Below are positions 46,170 to 55,229 of a stretch of DNA of 64,000 bases, in pieces (positions within the stretch are counted from its first letter, which is position 1; every line of letters starts with the position of its first letter). The translations under genes and the position numbers were made by a program. Origin of the DNA: an uncultured Acidobacteriota bacterium (GTDB lineage Bacteria; Acidobacteriota; Thermoanaerobaculia; UBA5066; Gp7-AA6); contig CAVXTP010000022.1 in assembly GCA_963764715.1 (NCBI GenBank), positions 352,001 to 416,000 on the forward strand, written 5' to 3'. The notes under the pieces were generated by a model that saw only the letters and a list, made by a program, of their open reading frames with translations, made no database searches and had not been told where the DNA came from.

Positions 46170-48035
46170 TCAGCGTATGGCGACGACCATGGGATGGTTG
46201 CGGGCCGTCGAAAAGAAGCCCGGGACCGACTCGAGCGCCTGCGCCGCCGCCTCCTGCGTGCCGTAGCGCCCCCAGAGAACCTTGAAGCAGGTCCGCCCCT
46301 TGAAGGACGTCGTCAGGGTCCACATCGAGCCGGCCGGCCGGTCGTGTGCCCAGGCCTCCCGGAGAGACTCGACTTCGCACGCCAGCTCGAGCTGGATCGC
46401 GAAGCGCGCGTTCCGGTCGGCGGCGGCGGTCTTCTGGTCCCGGGCGGCCCGGTCGAGCCACTGTTTGCGGGTGCGAGGAACGGCCGCCGAAGTCGAGGCC
46501 CGGGGGGGCGCCGCGGCGGCGGCCCTGGGCTGCGCCGGCTTCGTCGGGGCGGGGCTCGGCGCCCGCCTGGTCGGAACCGCGGTCGGCGCCGGCCTCGTCG
46601 GGGCGGCGGTGGGTGCGCGATCCGTCGGCACGGCCGTCGGAGGAGCGGGTGTCGAGACGGCCGTGGCTCCCGTGGCGGGAGCTTCCATCGCCGGCGTTCC
46701 GGCCACCGCCCCGCCGATCGTCGTCTCGACGAGGGTCGGGCTCGGCGAGAGCGCGGCGGCGAGCGGTTCCGCCGGTGCCGCGGGGCCGCGCGCGCGCCAG
46801 TAGAGGACTCCTCCCACGATCGCGACGAGAAGCACGAGCACCCAGAGGAGCGGAGAGGTCGAGCGGTGCTCCGGGCGCTCGAAGGAGCCGACCCCCGTCG
46901 TGACGTCGAGCGGCCGGTCGAATGCCGAGGAGCCGCGCGGGCCGGGCGCGTCGGGCTCCATCAGGTCGCCCGGGATTCCGGGCCCGCCGTCGAGGTCGGT
47001 CGCGAGGCGCTCCGACCGCTCATCGAAGTCGTCGGTCGGGGCCTCGTCCCCGATCGGGGCGTCGACGAGCTCCTCCTCCCGTTCGACCTCCGGCTCCGCC
47101 GGACGTTCATCGAGGGCCGGCCACTCTTCGGCCGGCAAGGCCGGCTCTTCGGCCGGAGGCGGCTCCTCGATCTCGGGCGGGGCCTTCTCTTCGATGTCGA
47201 CTTCGGGCTCGAGCTCCTCGTCGTCCGGCTCCGCGGGGGCGGCTTCCGGAGCGGGCTCCTCCTCGAGCGGCGCGGGCGGCACGGGTGTCGGAGCCGGCGT
47301 CTCCCTCGCCGCCGAGTCGGACTCCCCGGCGGTGTACGCGGGGTGAACGAGGCCCAGGGTGACGAGCGCGGCCAGGAGCTTCTCGACGGCGAAGGTGTCG
47401 GCCGGCGCCTCGCTCGCGATCTCGGCGGCGGTCGAGTCGCCGTCGATGAGGCGGACCACGGACTCGGCATCGTCGGTGAGCCCGAAGGTCGAGAACTCGG
47501 CGTCGAACCGCGAATCCCGGACGAGGGGGACGTCGACGCCGCCGAGGTGGTGCAGCACGAGGCCCCGGTCCCGCGAGCGCAGGAACAGCTCGAGCACGAG
47601 GCGCGGAATGGTCAACCGGAACTCGCCGGCCTCGCGGGCGGCCGAGCGGAAGAAGGAGTAGTCGCCCTCGATCCACGTCAGCAGGTCGGAGAGGACCTCG
47701 ACGGCCCGGATCTTCTCGCCCCAGCGCCACTCGCGCCGCGTCAGGACTCCCGCCTGGAGCGCCGCCATCGCCCGGTCCATGCCTTCGGACGCCGAGAGCC
47801 GTTCGAGCGTCGCCGCCTCGAGCTTGCCCGCCCGCACCAGGATCGCCGCCGTGTCGAACCGGGGGTCCGACGACGAGGCGCCGACGATCTCTCCGGCGGC
47901 GAGCTCGAAGCCGGCGGTCGCTCCGGAGCGCTGGAACTGGAGCGAGCCGCTCGCGGCCTCGCGCCAGAGCGCCACGAGGGACGCGAGGATGTCCGTCCCG
48001 CGGATCTCGCCCTGCGCCTCGAACGTCGTTCTCAT
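46170..48035 (-). CDS. DUF4388 (PatA-N) + acidic linker + TM + Pro/Thr linker + SPOR-like C-terminal domain
   Basis: QGEI...SGSL, LLTWIEGDYSF; TM LLWVLVLLVAIVGGVLYW; C-terminal FAIQL...FKVLWGRYGTQEAAAQALESVP resembles a DamX-type SPOR domain. Confidence 0.75.
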   Translation of the reverse strand: MRTTFEAQGEIRGTDILASLVALWREAASGSLQFQRSGATAGFELAAGEIVGASSSDPRFDTAAILVRAGKLEAATLERLSASEGMDRAMAALQAGVLTRREWRWGEKIRAVEVLSDLLTWIEGDYSFFRSAAREAGEFRLTIPRLVLELFLRSRDRGLVLHHLGGVDVPLVRDSRFDAEFSTFGLTDDAESVVRLIDGDSTAAEIASEAPADTFAVEKLLAALVTLGLVHPAYTAGESDSAARETPAPTPVPPAPLEEEPAPEAAPAEPDDEELEPEVDIEEKAPPEIEEPPPAEEPALPAEEWPALDERPAEPEVEREEELVDAPIGDEAPTDDFDERSERLATDLDGGPGIPGDLMEPDAPGPRGSSAFDRPLDVTTGVGSFERPEHRSTSPLLWVLVLLVAIVGGVLYWRARGPAAPAEPLAAALSPSPTLVETTIGGAVAGTPAMEAPATGATAVSTPAPPTAVPTDRAPTAAPTRPAPTAVPTRRAPSPAPTKPAQPRAAAAAPPRASTSAAVPRTRKQWLDRAARDQKTAAADRNARFAIQLELACEVESLREAWAHDRPAGSMWTLTTSFKGRTCFKVLWGRYGTQEAAAQALESVPGFFSTARNHPMVVAIR

Positions 48036-49834
48036 GCGGACGGCCCGTCCGCGAGGTACGCCGCCACCGCGCGCGCCGTGGCCGGACCGACTGCGGCCTC
48101 GATCTCGTGGGGGTCGGCCCCGCGCAAGCCCTTGACGGAGCCGAAGCGCCGCAGCAGCAGCCGCGCTCGGGCCGGGCCGACGCCCGGGATCTCGGTCAGG
48201 CCCGTCTCCCGCATGTGCTTGCCCCGCCGCTGCCGGTGACGCGATATGGCGAAGCGGTGCGCCTCGTCGCGGGCGCGCTGGATGAGCTGGAGGGCGGGGT
48301 CCTTGCGCGACAGCCGGACCGGATCGGGCCGCCCCGGCAGCCAGATCTCCTCCTCCCGCTTGGCGAGGCCGGCGATCGGAAGCTCGACTCCGACGCGGTC
48401 GAGGGCCGTCAGCGCGGCCTGGAGCTGGCCGCGGCCGCCGTCCACGAGGACGAGGTCCGGCCACGGGCCGTCCTCGGCCTGGACGCGCCGGTACCGCCGG
48501 TCCACCACCTCGGCCATGCTGCGGAAGTCGTCGGGCTCGAGGAGATTCTGGGACGCGATGTTGAAAAGACGGTAGTCCGACTTCTTCGGCTTCCCGTCCT
48601 CGAAGACGACGAGCGAGGCGACGCTGTCGGTGCCCTGCGTGTGAGAGATGTCGAAGGCCTCGATGCGATGCGGGGGCAGGGCCAGACCCACCGCGCGGCC
48701 CAGCCGCTCGGCCGCGACGGCCTCGTCGCCGCCGACCCGGCGGAACCGCACGCGGTGGCGCTCGCGGGCGTTGACCTCGGCGAGCTTGAGCCGGTCGGCC
48801 GCCGCGCCCCGCTGCGGGACGCGCACGGCGACCTTCGCGCCGCGGCGCTCCGCCACGAAGTCCTCCAGCAGCCGGGCGCCGGCGATCTCGACGGGCAGGT
48901 GGACCTCGGACGGCAGGAACGGGTTGACGTCGTAGAACTGAGGCAGGAAGGCCTCGAGGAAGGCGGTCGGCTCGAGCTCCTGCGACTTCTCGAAGAAGAA
49001 GTCGCGGCGGTCCTGGAGGACGCCGCCGCGCACGACGAGAACGACGACCGCGACGTCCTGGCCCGACTCGAACAAGCCGAAAACGTCGACGTTCTCCCCC
49101 CGGAGCGACTGGACGACCTGGCGCTCGGCCACGTCGCGCACCGTTCGGAGAGAGTCGCGGTAGGCCGCCGCCATCTCGAAGTTCTCCTCCTCGGAGGCTG
49201 CCTGCATCTTCCGGGTCAGCCGGGCCTCGAGCTCCTCGTTGCGCCCCTGCAGGAAGAGGACGACGTCGGCGACCGCGTCGGCGTACGCCTCGCGGGTCGT
49301 CAGTCCGGCGACGCACGGGCCGAGGCAGGCGTGGAGGTCGTAGTAGAGGCAGGGCCGGGGCAGCTTGCCGTCGATCTCGAGCGTGCAGGTCCGGATCTGG
49401 AAGTGCCGCGTGATCATGCGCATGATCCGGCGCGCCAGGCCCCCCCAGAACGGGCCGAAATAGGAGTGCCCGTCGTCCTGGACCCGGCGGGTGACGAGCG
49501 CCCTCGGCCAGTCCTCCCCCGTCGTGATCTTGATGTAGGGATAGGTCTTGTCGTCCCGAAGGCACACGTTGTACCGGGGCCGGTGCTTCTTGATGAGGGT
49601 GTTCTCGAGAAGCAGGGCCTCCAGCTCGGTGCGCGTGACGATCGTTTCGATCTCGCGGAAGGACCGGAGCAGCGCCTCGGTCTTGGCCCCCTCGGCGCCC
49701 GCCCCGAAGTACGAGGCGATCCGCTTCTTGAGGGACCGGGCCTTTCCGACGTAGAGGAGCTTTCCCTTGTCCCCGCGGAAGAGGTAAACGCCGGGGGAAT
49801 CGGGCAGATTCTCCGGCGCGCGGGCGTCGACCAC
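48032..49834 (-). CDS. uvrC: Excinuclease ABC subunit C
   Basis: PGVYLF...YVGKA (GIY-YIG), RIEAFDISH, LVDGGRGQ, RDEAHRFA, HhH. Confidence 0.98.
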   Translation of the reverse strand: MVDARAPENLPDSPGVYLFRGDKGKLLYVGKARSLKKRIASYFGAGAEGAKTEALLRSFREIETIVTRTELEALLLENTLIKKHRPRYNVCLRDDKTYPYIKITTGEDWPRALVTRRVQDDGHSYFGPFWGGLARRIMRMITRHFQIRTCTLEIDGKLPRPCLYYDLHACLGPCVAGLTTREAYADAVADVVLFLQGRNEELEARLTRKMQAASEEENFEMAAAYRDSLRTVRDVAERQVVQSLRGENVDVFGLFESGQDVAVVVLVVRGGVLQDRRDFFFEKSQELEPTAFLEAFLPQFYDVNPFLPSEVHLPVEIAGARLLEDFVAERRGAKVAVRVPQRGAAADRLKLAEVNARERHRVRFRRVGGDEAVAAERLGRAVGLALPPHRIEAFDISHTQGTDSVASLVVFEDGKPKKSDYRLFNIASQNLLEPDDFRSMAEVVDRRYRRVQAEDGPWPDLVLVDGGRGQLQAALTALDRVGVELPIAGLAKREEEIWLPGRPDPVRLSRKDPALQLIQRARDEAHRFAISRHRQRRGKHMRETGLTEIPGVGPARARLLLRRFGSVKGLRGADPHEIEAAVGPATARAVAAYLADGPSA

Positions 49835-49840
49835 CTCGTC

Positions 49841-49846
49841 AGTTTA
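49841..49846 (-). promoter_or_regulatory. Putative -10 (TAAACT) 6 nt before uvrC GTG; leaderless
   Basis: TAAACT-GACGAG-GTG. Confidence 0.6.
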
Positions 49847-49880
49847 ACGCGGATGGCAAGGCCGGCGGGCGCCGGTTCGG

Positions 49881-49886
49881 TATGAT
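49881..49886 (+). promoter_or_regulatory. Putative -10 (TATGAT) 6 nt before the Zn-ribbon ATG; leaderless
   Basis: TATGAT-GCGTGC-ATG. Confidence 0.65.
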
Positions 49887-49892
49887 GCGTGC

Positions 49893-50108
49893 ATGCCGAT
49901 GTACGAGTGCCCGTATTGCTACACCCCGGTCGAGCCGGGCACGCCCGTCTGCCCCAACTGCGGGCGCGAGCTCGAGCGGTGGCAGACCGGGTTCTACACT
50001 CGGCAACGACCCCTCGCCGCGAAGTCCCGGACGGCCGTCTGGGCCGCCGCGGCCGCGGCGCTCCTCCTCGTCCTGGCCGGCTTCGCGCGCGCTTGTCACT
50101 GGCTATGA
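49893..50108 (+). CDS. Small zinc-ribbon protein with C-terminal TM helix
   Basis: CPYC...CPNCG, hydrophobic C-terminus, promoter directly upstream. Confidence 0.75.
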   Translation: MPMYECPYCYTPVEPGTPVCPNCGRELERWQTGFYTRQRPLAAKSRTAVWAAAAAALLLVLAGFARACHWL

Positions 50109-50497
50109 CCCGTTCCGGCGTCGCGGTGGTCGCGGCGGCGGTGTTCCTCGCGACCGCGTCCGCGCGGGCGCAGCTCGTGCCCATCACGCGCTGCAACGGC
50201 GCGATCCCGTGCAACATCCCGATGGGTCTGCGCCCCGCCGACGCCGCCGCCTGGACGCCGGGGAACAACCTGGGCCAGGGCAACACCGGGATCTCGGTCA
50301 GCTCGGGCCTCGAGAACGGGTTCAAGCCCAAGATCGACCGTCCGCCGATCTCGGAGGACCCGGTCGAGACCGCGGCGAGGATGTACGTGCGCCGCTACCC
50401 GGTGGGGGGCACCCCCCGTCCGACGGGGATTCCGACGCCGAAGGCGGCGGCTGCGGCGGCGCCCGCTCCGAAGCCCACTCCCGCGCCGGCCCCGTAG
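50105..50497 (+). CDS. Hypothetical secreted protein
   Basis: ATGA-coupled to the Zn-ribbon gene; signal peptide ending ARA-Q; Cys pair; Pro/Ala tail. Confidence 0.65.
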   Translation: MTRSGVAVVAAAVFLATASARAQLVPITRCNGAIPCNIPMGLRPADAAAWTPGNNLGQGNTGISVSSGLENGFKPKIDRPPISEDPVETAARMYVRRYPVGGTPRPTGIPTPKAAAAAAPAPKPTPAPAP

Positions 50498-50514
50498 CCG
50501 GCGCCCCCGCCTCT

Positions 50515-50713
50515 AGGCTCGAAAGATCTCGAGCTCCCTCAGGCCGCGGATCTCGTCGCGAAGCCGGGCGGCCATTTCGACCCGGCCACCGGAGGCAGAC
50601 CCCCGGCAGTAGGGAACGCCGGCCGGAGGCCGGCGGTAACTCACGGGTCAGGCTCGAAAGATTTCGAGCTCCCTCAGGCCGCGGATCTCGTCGCGAAGCC
50701 GGGCGGCCATTTC
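50515..50713. repeat. 64-bp direct repeat of the uvrB 3' end (50515-50578 and 50650-50713), 71-bp spacer
   Basis: 63/64 identical by eye; the one mismatch is synonymous (GAG/GAA); each copy ends in an in-frame stop (TAG vs TGA). Confidence 0.93.
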
Positions 50714-52724
50714 AAAGTCGAGCTCCTTCGCCGCGGATCGCATCTGCTTCTCGAGATCGGCGATCCGCTTGCGCACCGACTCGGCGTCCGGGAGCTCGAT
50801 CTTCGGCCGCTCGACGGGGATCTCGTAGTAGTCGAGGTTCGCCATCCGGACGAGGGGCGAGTTGATCTGCTTGACGATCGACGCGGGCACGATGCCGTGC
50901 TCCCGGTTGTACGTCTCCTGGATGGCGCGGCGGCGGGAGGTTTCCTCGATCGCGCGGCGCATCGAATCGGTCATGGCGTCGCCGTAGAAGAGCACGCGGC
51001 CGCGCAGGTTGCGGGCGGCGCGGCCCGCCGTCTGGATGAGCGAGGTCTCGCTCCGCAGGAATCCCTCCTTGTCGGCGTCGAGGATCGCCACGACGGCGAC
51101 CTCGGGCAGGTCGAGGCCCTCCCGGAGCAGGTTGATGCCGATGAGGCAGTCGAAGACGCCGCGGCGGAAGTCCGAGAGGATGGCGACACGGTCGAGCGTC
51201 TCGATGTCCGAGTGAAGGTAGCGGCAGCGCACGCCCACCTCGGAGAAGTAGTTCGTGAGCTCCTCCGCCATCCGCTTGGTCAGTGTCGTGACGAGGACCC
51301 GGTCGCCGGCGGCCGCCGTCTCGCGGACCACCGCGAGCAGGTCGTCGACCTGTCCCTTGACCGGGCGCACCTCGATCTCGGGATCGAGGAGCCCGGTCGG
51401 GCGGATGACCTGCTCCACGATCTCGCCGCCGGCCCGCTCGAGCTCCTCCGCGGCCGGCGTGGCGCGAGACGGCGATGACCTGCCGGATCCGCTCGCGGAA
51501 CTCCTCGTTCGTCAGGGGCCGGTTGTCGAGGGCCGAGGGAAGGCGGAAGCCGTAGTCGACCAGGACCTGCTTGCGCGACCGGTCGCCGTGGAACATGCCG
51601 CGCACCTGCGGCAGGGTGACGTGGGACTCGTCGACGACGAGAAGGAAGTCCGACGGGAAGTAGTCGAGCAGGGTGGGCGGCGGCTCCCCCGGCGCCCGGC
51701 CCGAGAGGTGGCGCGAGTAGTTCTCGATCCCGCTGCAGTAGCCGAGCTCCTTCATCATCTCGAGGTCGAACATCGTGCGCTGGTGGAGGCGCTGGGCCTC
51801 GAGCAGGCGGCCCGCCTTCGTCAGCTCGGCGAGCCGCTCGTCGAGCTCCACGCGGATCGACCCGATGGCCCGCTCCAGGGTCTCGCGCGGCGTCGCGTAG
51901 AAGGTCCGGGGATAGAGGGCCAGCCGGTCCACGCGCTGCAGCGGCGTTCCCCGGAGCGGGTCGGTCTTCGTGATCTTCTCGATCTCGTCTCCGAAGAATT
52001 CGACGCGGACGGCCGTGTCCTCGTAGCCCGGCGCGACCTCCAGGACGTCGCCGCGGACCCGGAAGGTCCCGCGCGTCAGGTCGAGGTTCGTCCGCTCGTA
52101 CTGCATCGTGACGAGCTGGGCGAGCAGCGCCGGCATCCCCCGCGCGTCGCCGACCTCGAGGTACGCCAGCATGTCGTAGTAGGAGTCGGGGGCGCCGAGG
52201 CCGTAGATGCAGGAGACCGAGGCGACGACGACGACGTCCCGGCGCTCGAAGAGCGCCTTCGACGCCGCCAGCCGCAGCTTGTCGATCTCCTCGTTGCGGG
52301 AAGTCTCCTTCTCGATGTACGTGTCGGTCTGCGGGACGTAGGCCTCGGGCTGGTAATAGTCGTAGTAGGACACGAAGTACTCGACGGCGTTCTCGGGGAA
52401 GAAGCTCCGGAACTCCTGGTAGAGCTGGGCCGCGAGCGTCTTGTTGTGCGAGAGCACGAGCGTCGGGCGATTGACCGCCTCGATCACCTTGGCGATCGTG
52501 AAGGTCTTGCCGGAGCCGGTCACGCCGAGGAGGACCTGGTCGGACCGGCCCTCGTTCAATCCGGCGACGAGCCGCTCGATCGCCTGGGTCTGGTCGCCCT
52601 GGGGCGTGAACTCGGTGCGGAGCTGGAAGCGTCCGGAGGCGCGGGCCTGGGCCTCGCGGTACGAGGCCGGTTTTCCGGCGGCCGTGGCAGGAGGGGGCGG
52701 TCCGGGGTGGGTGGGACGCGGCAT
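50648..52724 (-). CDS. uvrB: Excinuclease ABC subunit B, apparent +1 frameshift near 51465
   Basis: [23 protein letters not shown] in one frame; ATP...[18 protein letters not shown] and UVR domain in the next; removing one base restores VSATP. Confidence 0.95.
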
Positions 52725-52732
52725 CGGGTGAA

Positions 52733-52759
52733 CCGCCGCTTATAGCATAACGACGGCGG
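52733..52759. promoter_or_regulatory. Divergent uvrB/PBP1A promoter region inside an imperfect inverted repeat
   Basis: CCGCCG-C-TTAT-AGC-ATAA-CGA-CGGCGG; TATGCT (minus) and TAGCAT (plus) hexamers overlap. Confidence 0.55.
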
Positions 52760-55144
52760 ATGCCTCACAATCGCGCGGTGAAGACCGTCCGGCGGGCCGC
52801 CGCCCTCGTCCTGCCGCTCGTCCTGGTCGGTTTCCTCGGGACCGTCGCGGGCTCCGTCGCGACCGGGTTCGTCCGGGTGCCCCGCGTCTCCGAGCTCGCG
52901 ACGTACCGGCCCGACATCATCACCCAGATCACGGCCCGCGACGGCTCGACGATCGCCCGGTACGCGATCGAGCGGCGCATCCTGATCTCGCGGGCCGAGA
53001 TCCCGGCCGTCGTCCGAAACGCGATCGTCGCGACCGAGGACAAGAACTTCTACCAGCACGGCGGGATCGACGTGCGGCGGACGGTCTCGGCGCTCGTCGC
53101 CAACCTCCAGCAGGGCGGGTACGCGCAGGGCGGATCGACCCTGACGCAGCAGCTGGCGCGCGCGATCTTCCTCTCCCCCCAGAAGACGATCTCGCGCAAG
53201 GTCAACGAGGCCCTCGTGGCCTTCGAGATCGAGCGGCGCTACTCCAAGGACCAGATCCTCACCATGTACGCCAACGAGATCTACCTGGGGCACGGCAACT
53301 ACGGCGTCGAGGCCGCGTGCCGCTACTACTTCGGCAAGAGCGTCAAGGACGTCACCCTGGCGGAGGCGGCCCTCCTCGCCGGGATCGTGCAGCGGCCCGA
53401 GGACCAGTCGCCCTTCCGCAATCCGGAGCTCGCCCGCGCGCGGCGTTCGACGGCGCTGCGGCGGATGCGCGCGGCCGGGTTCATCACCGAGGCCGAGCGC
53501 GTGGCGGCCGAAGCCGAGCCCCTGCCGGCGGCCCCCTCCCTCGCCGAGTCGATCGTCGGCCCGTACTTCTGCGAGGAGGTCCGGCAGTACCTCGAGAAGA
53601 CCTACGGCGAGAAGGACCTCTACCGGCGCGGCCTGCGCGTCGAGTCGACGCTCGACCCCGAGATGCAGGCCTGGTCCGAGGAGGCGCTCGGCTGGGGCCT
53701 GCGGCAGATCTCGCGGCGGCACGGGTTCCACCGGCCCCGGAACCTGACGGCCGAGGGCTACAAGTCGCTGGCGTCCTACGTCGACCCGTCGTGGGAAGGA
53801 GTCCGCGTGCAGGAGGACCAGACGCTCCGCGGCGTCGTCATGTCGGTCGACGCCTCGGGGGCGCAGGTGCGGATCGGGCACGAGACGCTTTCGCTCGCGA
53901 ACGCGGGCGCGGCCTGGACGGGCTCCACGGCCGTCGCGAAGATCCTGAAGACCGGCGACCTCGTGACCGTGACCGCGCAGCGCGCCAGGGACGGCACGCT
54001 CGCCCTCGCGCTCGACCAGGACCCGCGCGAGCAGGGCGCCGTCGTCATCATCGAGAACTCGAGCGGCGCGATCCGCGCGATGGTCGGCGGCTACGACTGG
54101 ACGCAGTCCAAGTTCAACCGCGCTTCCCAGGCCCTGCGCCAGGCGGGCTCGGCCTTCAAGCCCTTCGTTTATCTCACGGCTCTCGAGCAGGGTTACACCG
54201 GCTCCGACACGGTCTTCGACGGCCCGCTCTCGATCGTGATCGACCCGCGGCAGCCGCCGTACCGCCCCGGCAATTACGACGGGAAGTACCACGGGATCGT
54301 GACGTTCCGCCGGGCGCTCGAGCACTCCTACAACATCCCGGCGGTCCGCGTGGGCGAGATGGTCGGCCTCAACAACATCATCGAGACCGCGCACCGCCTC
54401 GGCATCCGCCAGAATCTCGAGCCCTACCCGTCGATGCCGCTCGGCTCGTTCGAAGTCAGCCTGATTGAGCTGACCTCCGCCTACAGCATCTTCGCCAACC
54501 AGGGGCTGGCCTTTGCCCCGTACATGATCGAGCGCATCACCGACTCCAACGGCGATCTGCTGGAGCAGACGCATCCGGACGCGCGGGAGGTCGAGAGCCC
54601 GCAGACGGCGTTTCAGCTGCTCCAGATCCTCAAGGGCGTGACCCAGCGCGGCACCGCGGCCCGGGCCAACGCCCTGAAGCTCAACATCGCGGGCAAGACG
54701 GGGACCACGAACGACTTCACCGACGCGTGGTTCATCGGCATGACGCCGCGTTACACCGTGGGCGTCTGGGTCGGCAACGACCAGAAGACGCAGACGATCG
54801 GCAAGGGGGCCGACGGCGCGAAGGTCGCGCTGCCGATCTGGATGCGGATCATCGAGAAGCTGCGCGACGGCGGCCGGATCGACGCGCAGGAGGATTTCGA
54901 GGTCCCCTCGAACATCGTGCTCGCTCCGGTCGACTACGAGACGGGCCTGAAGGCGACGGCCGACACCCCGCTTCCCGTGCTCGAGGCCTTCGTCTCCGGC
55001 TCCCAGCCGACGGAGGAGTGGAACCCCCGCTCGCAGGAGATCGCGAAGCTCCCCTGGTCCCTCCAGCAGCCCTTCTACGTCCCCAAGAAGGGCGAGCTGC
55101 CGGAGTCGGCAACCTTGATCCCGCCCACACCCGTCCCTCGCTGA
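52760..55144 (+). CDS. mrcA: Penicillin-binding protein 1A (bifunctional transglycosylase/transpeptidase)
   Basis: EDKNFYQH, QGGSTLTQQL, RKVNE; SAFK, SYN, KTGT; alternative start GTG 52778. Confidence 0.93.
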   Translation: MPHNRAVKTVRRAAALVLPLVLVGFLGTVAGSVATGFVRVPRVSELATYRPDIITQITARDGSTIARYAIERRILISRAEIPAVVRNAIVATEDKNFYQHGGIDVRRTVSALVANLQQGGYAQGGSTLTQQLARAIFLSPQKTISRKVNEALVAFEIERRYSKDQILTMYANEIYLGHGNYGVEAACRYYFGKSVKDVTLAEAALLAGIVQRPEDQSPFRNPELARARRSTALRRMRAAGFITEAERVAAEAEPLPAAPSLAESIVGPYFCEEVRQYLEKTYGEKDLYRRGLRVESTLDPEMQAWSEEALGWGLRQISRRHGFHRPRNLTAEGYKSLASYVDPSWEGVRVQEDQTLRGVVMSVDASGAQVRIGHETLSLANAGAAWTGSTAVAKILKTGDLVTVTAQRARDGTLALALDQDPREQGAVVIIENSSGAIRAMVGGYDWTQSKFNRASQALRQAGSAFKPFVYLTALEQGYTGSDTVFDGPLSIVIDPRQPPYRPGNYDGKYHGIVTFRRALEHSYNIPAVRVGEMVGLNNIIETAHRLGIRQNLEPYPSMPLGSFEVSLIELTSAYSIFANQGLAFAPYMIERITDSNGDLLEQTHPDAREVESPQTAFQLLQILKGVTQRGTAARANALKLNIAGKTGTTNDFTDAWFIGMTPRYTVGVWVGNDQKTQTIGKGADGAKVALPIWMRIIEKLRDGGRIDAQEDFEVPSNIVLAPVDYETGLKATADTPLPVLEAFVSGSQPTEEWNPRSQEIAKLPWSLQQPFYVPKKGELPESATLIPPTPVPR

Positions 55145-55166
55145 GCCGCCTTCCGACTTTCGAGAG

Positions 55167-55192
55167 AGGGCGGGGACAAGCCCCGCCCCTAC
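55167..55192 (-). repeat. GTAG-type REP palindrome
   Basis: Minus strand GTAG-GGGCGGGG-CTTGT-CCCCGCCC. Confidence 0.7.
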
Positions 55193-55229
55193 GACCCGGG
55201 CCGCCTCGACCACGCCGTGCAAGAACATC

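Noticed and set aside
50617-50650. uvrB TGA plus downstream hairpin as a selenocysteine/SECIS signal
   Set aside because: The TGA sits at the normal UvrB C-terminus, no Cys homologue is expected there, and the hairpin is not clearly SECIS-like
50515-50713. Repeat pair as a diversity-generating retroelement TR/VR
   Set aside because: Only one internal mismatch, no reverse transcriptase in the window, and the target is a housekeeping gene
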